Part shown: piece by piece, positions 50,701 through 64,000 of the stretch
Numbering within the stretch: the stretch's first letter is position 1
Layout of the letters: the number at the start of each line of letters is the position of its first letter
DNA from: Tubulanus polymorphus
Lineage: Eukaryota; Animalia; Nemertea
Reading direction: 5' to 3'
Assembly: GCF_964204645.1 (NCBI RefSeq)
Contig: NC_134028.1
Location: forward strand, 4,278,001-4,342,000
DNA length: 64,000 bases
The notes under the pieces: model-generated
What the model was told of the DNA's origin: nothing
What the model saw: only the letters and a program-made list of their open reading frames with translations
Databases searched by the model: none
Position numbers and translations under genes: made by a program

Positions 50701-53700
50701 TGTTCAAAGTTGTTCCGTGCTATTTCAGTTGTATCGTTTTGTGAAGATGTATTAAAGTCGTTTCTTTCTGTTTCACAAATGAATGTTGCATGCGTTTGTA
50801 TGAGTTGACACGGGAATCGAACCCAGTTCGCTGATCCTCGTGGATTATTCAGTATCATCGCCGTACACGGCATATTGACGTCAGTTATTGGTTGTTTCTT
50901 TAACGGAGATATCAATCCTAGAATAACTTCTGGTATTGTGTCATTAACAGCGGGTGTGAACCATTCCGTGTAACTTAACGGGTTTCCATCAGACCACGAG
51001 TAATAACCACTGGACTCCTAAAAAAGTAATTTTAAAACATATCCGTTTTCTTCTATTTCTACTTCTTTCGAATCTCTTTTTGGAATAACTCTGCATCACG
51101 CAGTAAGAAAATTTATCATGATTTATCAAAATTTATCAAAATCATGATTTATCATGATTTTTCAAATTTCTATGAGATCGTTCATAAAACAGATATTTTA
51201 CCTGCCATTTCAATCCAATCATCACAATCAGTGCCACCTGCGAATACGCCTTGTGAAGCAATTTTGTAGCGAACAGCTTTTTCACGGCCCTCATTTCACC
51301 TTCAGAGTTGATACTGAGAAGATGTCCTCCATGTTTCTGTTGACAGTAAATTTCAGCGTTTTCCCAATTCAGACGTTCATGTTTGACATATTTAATGCAC
51401 GAGACACCAGAATCCAGAAAATCTGATCGGCAGCCATTAATTCGATGTTTCAGTAAAGGCGATTGTTCTAAAGTGTATTGAATTTGAAATATCGGACTAT
51501 AGGTTGACAGCTCAAAATGCACGTCATACCCGAGTAGACTGTGCAATACAAGTCCTGGTACCGCGTTATTTTCACATATTCTTGTTGTGTGACGGGTTTC
51601 CGTAAACTCGGAAAATAAACTATCGGGATTACGAAATATTTTGATGATTTGTGTAAGCAATATAAATTCTCTTATGCGGTAACTGATAGATTTAGAGCAT
51701 GATGTTTGTCCGATGGATTTAAACAGGAATCTGATGTAATGATTAATATTTTTGTCAGTAGAAAAAGAAAAGGCATAGAAGAATTTTGTTTCAGAATAGC
51801 CAGGAAATCCCGGGAAGTCGGGCGACTGCACGAGTCCGCAATAATCTACCTCGTTACTTGTGCTTCCACCTTCAAAACCTGGATTTTTTCGAAGTTTTCG
51901 TTTTAATTTCTGACATTTACGCCGTAATACAATTATTAGTGATGACCTCCAGAATTCATATTTAGTGTGCAATAATTTCACATGGTTTAATACGAGACTG
52001 GTATTTAGCACGTGACTATTGAGACTTATCGCTGAACAGAGATTCATAGCTCCGCGATAACAACCGTCAATTTGATATTCGTATTTTGATAATATATCTA
52101 TATTTTCTATCGGTAGACGTCGATTTTCAGGTGTAATCACTAGACAATGTGACGTCATTGTGATCTGACGTTCACCCGCCCGTAGAACATACCCGTCGCA
52201 GTCAGTTGGAAATAGGTTGAGGGCGCCAGTCAATAGTTTATCATCCCAGTTGTAAGCGTACGTTACTACAGTAACCGGTCCTCCTGATGTAATCAGACTG
52301 GCGACGTTACGACTGTATCTATAACCAGGACAATACGGACCATAGCGTCTAGCTGTAAAATTACCACCATCATATATATAAAATCCAGCTCTCTCGCACG
52401 TCTCTGATAAGACTGTAAATGATAATTTATTTTCATAGATGTCGACTCTCGAGCTGAGTGGAAGTCTAACGATACGATAAGAAAACCTCCGTTTCGAGTA
52501 TCTGGGGGACAGATAATAATGCGATATTGAACGTCCATTTGATACCTACAATGATACAAACATGAAATCGATCATCAGTATAAATCGATGTATTATGCCT
52601 AACTTTCCACTACCATTTTACCGCAATATACAGCGACTTCGCAGTTGAAGGGTTAATGATTTATGTTAGTTTTTATTGACAAATTACGATTTATATATAT
52701 TGTGCATATTAGTTCATCGCTGTAAAAACAAACTCAATACAGTAAATTCATGGCTTTTTTAATTTGCCATTTACTCACTTTTCTATTTTCAACTTTGAAG
52801 TCTGTTTTCTTCATTGATTCTATTTTGTACTCAACCATGTTTGAATTCCGGAACGATTTTCCGACGGAATTCTCTAATAACAGTAAACACAATGTCACGA
52901 AAAATCCGTCAGATTTTGCACTTAAAAATTCGAGATGGTTTTTACTGAGTAAAATATCAGTTCCGACAATCGCCAGTCCTTCCTGTTTATAAACACCGAT
53001 GACGTCACCGGAAGCGATCAGATCACGGGTCCAGTTGAAGACGATGTATTGCAGTATATCAGCTGTGATAGACCAGCAGTATAAGCGTTTAGACTGAGTT
53101 ATTACGTGCGGCCTATCACCAGGAAGGAGAACTCCGGATTTGTTTTTATAGATCGGAATCGATGGATTAGAAATATTCCAATCTGATATTCTATACAGTT
53201 TTACAAATAGATTTGTTTTGAGTATTGATCCGGCCTGTTTCATTGAAAAAGTGAGAATAGCTTCGTTAGTTTTCGTGTAAACGGAGGTGGGCGGATGTCC
53301 GGTTTGTTCTTGTATATTCATTAAAGGTTCACTTGTGTTCCAAACGTCATAAATCCGAAAAGCCACATGTAAACCTGGTTGTCTTGATCTTAAGTCAACT
53401 TTCTCGAAAGTCAAATTCATGCCAAAACCCTTTGGTATTCCGGACCACTCTAGCCAGAGAAGGCGACAACTTGACATGTAGATAGCGAATTTGTAACCAG
53501 TTTTCAAATGTTTTAATTGTGTTATTGTCTTTGAGTAACAGTCGTGAAATGTTCTCAGGCGATCGCGTTCTTCCTCAAAATGATAAGATACATAGATTCG
53601 ACTTCCTTTTACAACATTTACATCACTGTTAAACGTCAACGATAATGAATTGCTGCGGTAAATATCTAATTGTTTTCCATCGCCGCACAGTAAGTTATCA

Positions 53701-54005
53701 GAATCACTGATGTGAACGTAGTTATCTCTACAGAATAATGACGGCTCGATGTCGTAGTAAACTTGGATGTGAAAGGTACCCGGTAAAGAGCTGTTGATGA
53801 ACCAATGACATTCAACATCGCGCGTAAACGAAGGATAATTCGGTGAAAAGATGTAACCAGACGTAGAATCGAGTGAAAACCACGTATTGTTACACCGTGT
53901 ACTGACAGTTACAGACGGTTGATCGGTAGAGATCCAATCAGTCGTCTGAACCGACGACAGTTTCATTGGAAGAATGAGCAATAACGTTAATAGACAACGT
54001 ATCAT
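47754..54005 (-). CDS. Giant GRL101/RXFP-type leucine-rich-repeat GPCR with CUB, C-type lectin, LDLa, LRR and 7TM domains. 3 exons: 54005-52779, 52545-51202, 51017-47754; ~1,944 aa (1,961 aa if the ATG at 54056 is used)
   Basis: Signal peptide MIRCLLTLLLILPMKLSS; CUB (SGYIFSPNYP..CHWFI..C.DNYV..LCG); CTL (LNWENAEIYCQQKHGGHLLSINS..MIGL..WSDGNPLSYTEW); ~6 LDLa repeats; LRRNT (CPRYCKC) and LRRs; hinge YKFCC..DQFSSCSDL; 7TM with FCWLP and NSTLNPLLY. Both introns are GT-AG, phase 0, and join open frames. Confidence 0.9.
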
Positions 54006-54746
54006 GTTGGCGTTCTCGGTCAGTCCATGGACTAGTCTATCTAATCTAATGTACATGTTTATAACAGTTTGACCCTAACCACTGCGATTAGATAGCGAGT
54101 AGAGGAAGACTTTTCAGATTTCATGATGCCGCGAGCAATGTATCGACCATCCGTTGAGTTCAGACTACACGGCGCTCATTAAAATGTAATTCAATAATCT
54201 ACGAAACTGCATTGATGATTAACGAGATTTAAACGAAATGTTAAAAAGATTTAATGCGATATTTGATGCTGAGTCAGATTTAATACGCTTGCGGTGTAGA
54301 AGGTCTAGAAATGCATACTACATTCGTCTCCTCTACTCGATCCGTGACCCAAAACTGACCAGGCAGAACTTGCGTCTCACGTAGAAATGCAAGCTCTGAA
54401 ATCATCAACGGTAGTTCAGATAATTTGCGGAATAATCAAAATAACAAGATTAAGTCTAATGAAAGAAAATGAAGCTGGATGTATCAAAAATATGTGCACA
54501 ACTCTTTTTATTATATGAAAGGGCAAAATTCATAAAATTAACACCGCCATCATAATAGCGTCTAGAATCAATTAAAACAATTTAATAGAGCACAGAAAAA
54601 GGGTCTAGAGACTTTTCATGAACTTTCAACAAACTCATTATTTTATGAATGAACATCGTCATAGAATGAAAATAAGATCGGAAATTCATCGATTCGTCTA
54701 AAAGAAAAATAATACTGTTTTTTCGATCGTTCAGATCATGGTCGCA

Positions 54747-57700
54747 TTAATGGCGTAAATAGGAAGTTATCCAGTTCAGATGATACGTAACTCTAGCGAA
54801 AACACTCGGGTGTCGTGGAGCTAGGCAGCCTTTCGGGCCGAAACTGACCACACCGACCTGCACGTAACGCTTCGTATCTGACCTATAGTAAACTAATGGT
54901 CCACCAGAATCACCCTGCAACAGAATGCAATACCATATAAAATGGATTGAATTAATATTCATGAAGTATAAGTTATTTTGTACGATTATGTATTTACCGA
55001 GCAAGCTGCTTTGCCTTCAGCCTCATAACCGGCGCAAAGCATGTCATTCTTTATAAACCCGTTATACCAGGACGGTCCGTTACATTTCTGATTGTTGATG
55101 TACTGCAGTTTCACCTGGTTCAACACTGTCCGATCACCCGTTCCTAAAATAAAAGAGTGCATAAACAAATACGAAAATGATTGTAATGTCGTGTAAAATT
55201 TCAATCCACGTTTGTGGCCAATGTACGGAGCCCCGGAGGACACGGTGAAAATCTTTTTCGAAATAATTTTTTCGTTCGAACGAAAAAATAAATTATTTTT
55301 CACCGTGTCACCTCCGGAGCTCCGTATATACCGATGAGTTCAAACGTAATGAAATATAGCATTTAGCTATTACCTTTCGTATTACCCCAACCAGACAGGG
55401 CTAGATCTGCTCCTGTTGGTAAGGCAAATGGTGGTGGTGCTAATGCAGACGCTGGTCTAGGGGGCAAACATACTGGTATTATAGCAGGGGTGAAGGTCAC
55501 CGGTGCTGAAAGACGTAACATGGCTACATCATTCTCGATCGTATCACCCTTGTAACTCGGATGGCGAAAAATTCGTTGAACTCCGACGGTTATTCCAGAC
55601 GCTTCAGCTACGGTTAATCGATGCCTTCCGAGTAGAACCTTAAAGTTCTGTGGTAGGTGCTCGCTGCAAGAAAAATGTGTCAATTGATCTGAAAATACCA
55701 GCGTAACCATTATCTCTCTTCAAAGCCATGTCTTTGTGCTTTCATTCTTGAGATCAAAACGTAGGGCTAAACATTTTATTGGATTTAATCGTCAAGGCAG
55801 ACGATACTCACTTGCCGACGACACAATGAGCTGCAGTCAGCACCCAACGGTTGTTCAGTAAACTCCCTCCACAAACTAAAGCCTGGTTCCTGAAGAGTAA
55901 ACCCGCTTGCCACGGAAAACTATGCGGTTTCGCTTCACGCCCTCCAACTATTCGAGTTTCTAACGGTTTTACGAACGGCTTACCGCATTCTGTGTGATAC
56001 ATGCAAGAAATTAAACGATAGTGAAATACCCGATATTTAAACGTTTTTCTTTAAGGCAATTCATCGTATACTTACGTATATGGGAACACGCATGAAGGTC
56101 ATCTCTTCCTGGGCAATGGGCTGATCCTTTGCACAAGCTCGTAAATGGAACGCATGTGGCTTGGTTGCGACAAAGATAAGTATCACCGGAACAAAACTCT
56201 ATTGCTGAAACTATGAGAACCATATTCCATTAAATCGTTATATAGTTTATTCATTTTCCCTTTCAGAGAAATCTCCATAATTATTCATACCTTGTTTGAA
56301 TGCAATCTTAAAACCGGTTTTACGGATATTGCGATCGGTGATAAATTTGACGAGCATTTCGGATTGAGTCGAAGCCACCGTGATGACTGGGTTTTCATTA
56401 CCACAGAATTTTCCAAGTTCAGGACGAGACGGTATCATATCTACCAGTGATAACAAATCGTAAGGACAATCGGTACCGGTTCCAGCTTCTAGGTCCATCG
56501 ATAAAAATTTCATTTCTATCACCTAAAATGATATATAGATTTTTGTATAACAGTATTGAATGGGTATATTAACAATTGCTTGACTTGGATGATTCTAATT
56601 CTTGCCTTTCCCGGTGCTGCTCTTAATAACCAGCTACATTGTAATCCCCCGGCATACAGCGAGCTCCCATCATAACCAGGGGAACTCAGTTGCTGATAGG
56701 TGTCTACAGCTGTCAAAACTAGGGGACCATTAGCGCATGCGTCCGGTGTTGATGTAGGTGTCACTGTCGTTAAACCACCTCCGATTTGCAGCGGAACTAT
56801 GAAATTGAAAGGTTACGTAATTGATAGATATCGCCGCAAGGAAAAGCGACTTGCTAAAAGACGATTTGGCACAACAGTACCTGCTCCTGACACCTGACTT
56901 ATCCAAGAAACGTGGTCTGAAATACTGGAATAAACGCCGGGTCTACGAGCGTCAGCGCAGTTAGTCCCCCAGCTTACCACACCTATCAGTACAAATCGAT
57001 CCATTTCTTCGATATATTGGACCAAAGGTCCACCGGAATCACCCTGAAATAGACGTTGGATCTTCAATAAAAGTGTCCTGGTTTAAAAAATCGTTACCAT
57101 CTTATTTCTGAATAACAGGGTGATTTTACCTGGCAGGAGTCTTTCTGTCCCCACTCGTACCCAGCGCATAACATGTCGGATGTAATTCTACCGTCATACC
57201 ACAATTCACCATTGCACGTAGTATGGTTGATGAATGGTACCTCTACCTGGTTCAGAACGTTACTACTTCCTGAATCTACCATATACATATAAAACAACCT
57301 AGTTACTAAGATATACGATGCTCAACCCTTTCAGTGCTGACTTATTAATACCCTATAGTGCTGGAGAAAATTTGAAAATTTTAAAAAATTCCACCCTAGT
57401 GTGTTGAACAATGGGAATACCACTATAGTGCGTCTACACCGCAGTGCGGTGTATCGTTAGTTACTTGTATTTCACTATGTTTGACACTTTCTGCCATTTA
57501 TCAATAGAGATAATTGCAAATTACTAATTACATCAATACACCGCAGTGCGGTGTACTAGCAAAAATCCATCACTGATTTATACACCGCACTGCGGTGTAG
57601 ACACACTGTAAGATACTATATGAATATCTAACAGAATACAAATCTTCTTACTCTGTGTGTCACCCCATCCTACAGTTATGAGACTGGTGCCGGTGGATAA

Positions 57701-59969
57701 AGTGTGGTCCGCCGGTGCGAGACAGGCTGGACTGATTCCCGGAGAGAAAGGTGTGATTGGATGAACAAGTTTCAACAGCGCCAGATCATGAGCTACCGAT
57801 GACGGATTGAACGAAGGATGCACGATTACAGACTGAACGCCAACTAATATCGCTCCATGTTCATTGGGATCCGATAGACTGTGTTTACCTAGGTATACTG
57901 TCAAAATACCAGGAGTTCCAGAACTGGAAATATATGAATTCATATGCTTAATTTTAATGAATGACCAAATAAGGACGTATTTGCATAAGTTAAGATATTC
58001 ATCTCTTGTACAAACCTGTCAAAGACGCAATGAGCGGCCGTCAAGATCCACTCACTAGTGACCAAAGTAGCCCCACAAATATGACTATTCTTTTGCATTA
58101 ACGAGGCTGTCCAAGGCCAACTATGAGGCACGGCCTCTTTACCACCAACAATACGATAATCTACAGGTTTTATCAAAGGTCTACCACATTCTGCGGAAGA
58201 TCCCATGGTCAAACAGTTTGAAATACCATTATAGATATCGAAGAAAAAATGAAGGGAAAGTTAAGATGTACCTATGTTTTCACACGCCAACTGGTCTTCC
58301 TTGTTCGGACAATGAGGAGTGTCAGGGTCGCATAGTTCGTTGTACGCGACGCAACTGAAGTCAGACGCTTTCGAACCGGGACACATAAAATCATGAGCTA
58401 AACAAGGTTCCTTTGGACCTAAAATCAAAGTCATCAATCTATCACGTGGAATGGAAATATTTTGGATCGAATACGATATTTTGGTAATTTGACAACGAAA
58501 TTACCTTGGTAGAAATCTAACTGAAACCCAGTCCCACCGACAATATGGTCTGATTTGAATCTTACGTATGCGTGTTGACTGGTCGTAGATATTTTGGAAT
58601 CGGGCGTAGTTCGGCCGCAGAATCTAGCCAGAAGTTTCGATTTGCTGGACGCACCATTGTACAGGCCAATCCAATCATAATTACACGAGGAATGAGGTTC
58701 TGTGTTTAAATGGTGGAGTTGCATATAGACGACCTAACGAAAATGGCACAAGTTGATTCCTATATAAGAAACTAGCTATAACGATGGTATTATCTCTGTG
58801 AGATATTTCAATATTTATCAACCGATTCATTACCTGACTGGGATCTGCTTGGAGAATCCATCCACAATCGAGATTATTCGAATATTCGTCTATACCGTTA
58901 TAATTCGGAGATGATAGTCGTTGAGGGCTGGTGGTAACTTTAATTCGACCGGGTCCTTTGATGCTACACGGATCTCCGACGACGATCGCAGGTTGGGGCG
59001 CACTAGTAGGGCGGACTGTGGATGAACTAGGTGGTGGTGAGGAAGAAATAGAAGTGGTCACAGGAGTCATTGTTGTAGTTGGCTTTCTCGTGGAGGTCGT
59101 TAACATAGTTGTTGCAGTTGTGGTGGGACCTAGAAGATATAAGAATCTCAAAAAGTACAGAATTTTTAAATGAATTTCTAAATGATGTATTTGATTTCGA
59201 GTATTTACCCAGAAGAGGAACACTTTTCACATTGATGACGTAACCTTTTCGGTTTATGGCGGCATCTGTTTGAAAGACGACGGAAATCTGTCGCCCAGGA
59301 GACGTCACAGGAGTAGGGACTCGGTATCCACACATACGGCCAGTAACCTGAGTGTCGGTATCAGTATAGATGGCGAGAAAGTCGTAGTTGCATTCTCCAT
59401 TTGTCGAGCCATCTTCGAGTTCGAATTTCAGGAATTCAATTCGCAGCTACAACGATTCGAAATGCGAATTTGAAAACGAATATCATTTATAATGGAAGCC
59501 TTGTAAACGGAGTGTGGCGTACCTGGAATGCTGGAGCAGTTGTTACAGTCGTGTTACTATAAAAGTTTGCCGGATAGTCCCATCGTCCCCAATTCGGGGA
59601 TTTTAACTCGAGTTTGCTCAAAGGTTCTATCCATTTCGCAGTGGTCACCGTAGTTGGGAGGTACGGGCGCCTCTTTACTTTATGGAATTGTATACAAAGA
59701 AGCATAATCTTCATTTTCAAATTATAGAATTAGTAATACCATTATATTCTCGATGAAAAAGTCTTGTATAAGAAAAACGTATATCATATCATCATAAGCC
59801 ATTGAAATTCATCTAACCATATTGAATATGATGATAATCAACACGTTGCAAGACCCAAAAAAGGCTCCGCGTTAGCTGTACATGCGTTTAGGAAATACCT
59901 ACCTATACTTGGAGAAGCAACCAGACTTGACACCGTAGTTAGAAGCAGGTAGACTACGACACCGTTCAT
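54747..59969 (-). CDS. Secreted ovochymase/polyserase-like mosaic serine protease: SP-CUB-(Thr/Ser-rich linker)-CUB-LDLa-protease-CUB-LDLa-protease; many small exons
   Basis: Signal exon 59969-59903 ([20 protein letters not shown]). Three CUBs (SPNW/SPNY/SPGY, C.YD, CG). Two R-IVGG activation sites. Both domains have TAAHC, D(L/V)A(L/M)L and GDSGGPL. Not every internal exon boundary was fixed. Confidence 0.92.
57324..57610. mobile_element. Intronic repeat element with three TACACCGCA(G/C)TGCGGTGTA palindromes; piggyBac-like left end
   Basis: Starts AACCCTTTCAGTGCTG. 19-bp palindrome at ~57435, ~57537 and ~57581. Matching right TIR not found. Confidence 0.55.
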
Positions 59970-60659
59970 GTTGAAAGTGTCGTATAGAATGAGGGCAGAC
60001 AGAAAGAATAGGATGGGTCAAATTCTCAATTCACTGATGGTCAATGCTTACTGATACGAGGGGTGATACCATTAGACGGGTCCACTGTCTCATTTTGGGA
60101 GATAGGTACAATGCCCTTTTGAAAGCTTACGATGCTTTAAGCTTAAGACTTTTGCCGTGACCAAAATGTAAAAAGAAAACTATAAGAAGAAGTCGAATCC
60201 ATTACATTGATAACAATATATATTTTCTCCAAATACCAACAAACAATTCGTGGGTATTTTGATCATCCATGTTAAAACACGTAAAATACTTTCATCATTT
60301 TAATAGTTCAACACTATAGCTATAATAATTGCATGCAATTCGTTATGGTTTGATTTTTATACAATTCACATTCAGTTTCGTAGCAAATTCTTTTGGCCAG
60401 CAAACCGGGTTTTCTGAAACCGAACAAAAGAAACCGCAGTGCGTTCAACGTTTTTTTGTTTTATCGTCTCCGTATAAAATAACATATGTAAAGCTTAATC
60501 TTCTTGTAGAACATATCGTTAACAATTTATCCGTGTGTGTTCTGATCTATTCTAACTCAAACCAATAGTACAGATATCAAAGTTCAAGCCATACTAGGTT
60601 GGGATTGCAAAGCACGTCAGTCGGATCCCCGTGTCATTAAACCATCAAGCTCCGTAGTA

Positions 60660-60790
60660 CAGTCAAACCCCGATATACCGCCCTCCCCGCCTACCGCCAG
60701 GTTTTCTCAATGTACATCTCTAGCCATCTCTATACAAATACAAAGTAAAACACCCCCGATATACCGCCATACTCTCTATGTATTTCTAAA
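60660..60790 (+). mobile_element. pogo/Tigger-type MITE fragment
   Basis: TA-CAGTCAAACCCCGATATACCGCC end with an internal CCCCGATATACCGCC repeat. A related decayed copy lies at ~30157-30320. Confidence 0.55.
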
Positions 60791-61668
60791 ACAGACGTAC
60801 TTTTTCACTCGAGGACTAAAAAGACAACCAGGCTTGGAAGTTCATCATTGAAAGGTGACATCATTACATAAGAAAAAAATTTTCACACTAAAACCGGTGA
60901 ATAAATCTCTAAAAACGAAATGAAATAAAGTGAACGATAAAATAAACTTTTTATGGGCTCAAATTGTTTTTCTAGCACGATTAAACATTATCATCAAATT
61001 ACTATCACTGAAGCAATCCCAAAGAAACGACTTCTATATTTTCCAGTTTCTGAAGCAGGATTATTCGGGTGGAAACAACACGATGCTTTAGAAAGAAAAC
61101 TTGAAAAACACGCATCATATTGAATATCACTTTTAACATTGACGACAACTTTTGGTATTTTCGGGTTATTGACGTTAACTGAAGAAACGAAACAAACTCC
61201 GATAGACTCTGCGAATATATAATTCATCCGAATATTCTTATCGCATGAAGTTATTTTTTAAACACTTAACACAAATCGCGGCATTCATCGCCGAACGCGC
61301 GTATATCTGTACATAGACTCTAATCCTATGGTTTTTCATCGAGAGCAAAAAAGTGTCGCCGACCGCTGACGAAATCCCTCATTTCTCGTTTAACGAAAGA
61401 AAGAATTATCCATGTCACCCGTCATTCGATAATCGATATTCGTCATTACTGTCGCTCATTATTTTGGTAAATAGTGTCTATGGTTTGATATGTTCCCCAG
61501 AATTCCAGCAGTTTGAACAATATATTGCGTTTAATATATCATATCCATCACATTTTGCTTGCTAAATTCCGGCGTCCGAAACAATACAAAACGCATTTTT
61601 GTACGTATCTTTTTTTTCTAAATGTAGGTAAACTGCCCGACGCGTAGTAACATACACGGAAGCTAATA

Positions 61669-64000
<2,332 letters not shown>

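Noticed and set aside
52293-52559. 88-aa minus-strand ORF
   Set aside because: Wrong frame; the receptor's exon 2 uses the frame continuous with 52233.

Overview
Intron-rich, AT-rich eukaryotic (animal) genomic DNA, most likely from a marine invertebrate. A spiralian origin is my inference from gene content. Splicing the exons by eye gives nine protein-coding genes: a NocA/Elbow/ZNF503-703 zinc-finger gene (-), an 11-exon erlin (-), an intronless 107-aa coiled-coil ORF nested antisense in an erlin intron (+), a divergent PP1 catalytic subunit (+), MGMT (-), a cysteine-free CD225/dispanin (-), a 3-exon ~1,950-aa CUB/C-type-lectin/LDLa/LRR/7TM receptor of the GRL101/RXFP class (-), an ovochymase-like CUB/LDLa protease with two protease domains (-), and the 3' part of a synaptotagmin-15-like gene (-). 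Introns and intergenic DNA carry many MITEs. The 37-47 kb interval has no intact ORF but does contain an inverted repeat flanking G-rich minisatellites, many plus-strand splice signals and a broken zinc finger. The most notable items are the giant receptor next to the dual-specificity protease, the nested antisense gene, and the noc-erlin adjacency that mirrors human ZNF703-ERLIN2. No prokaryotic features, CRISPR arrays, rRNA or intact tRNA genes were found.
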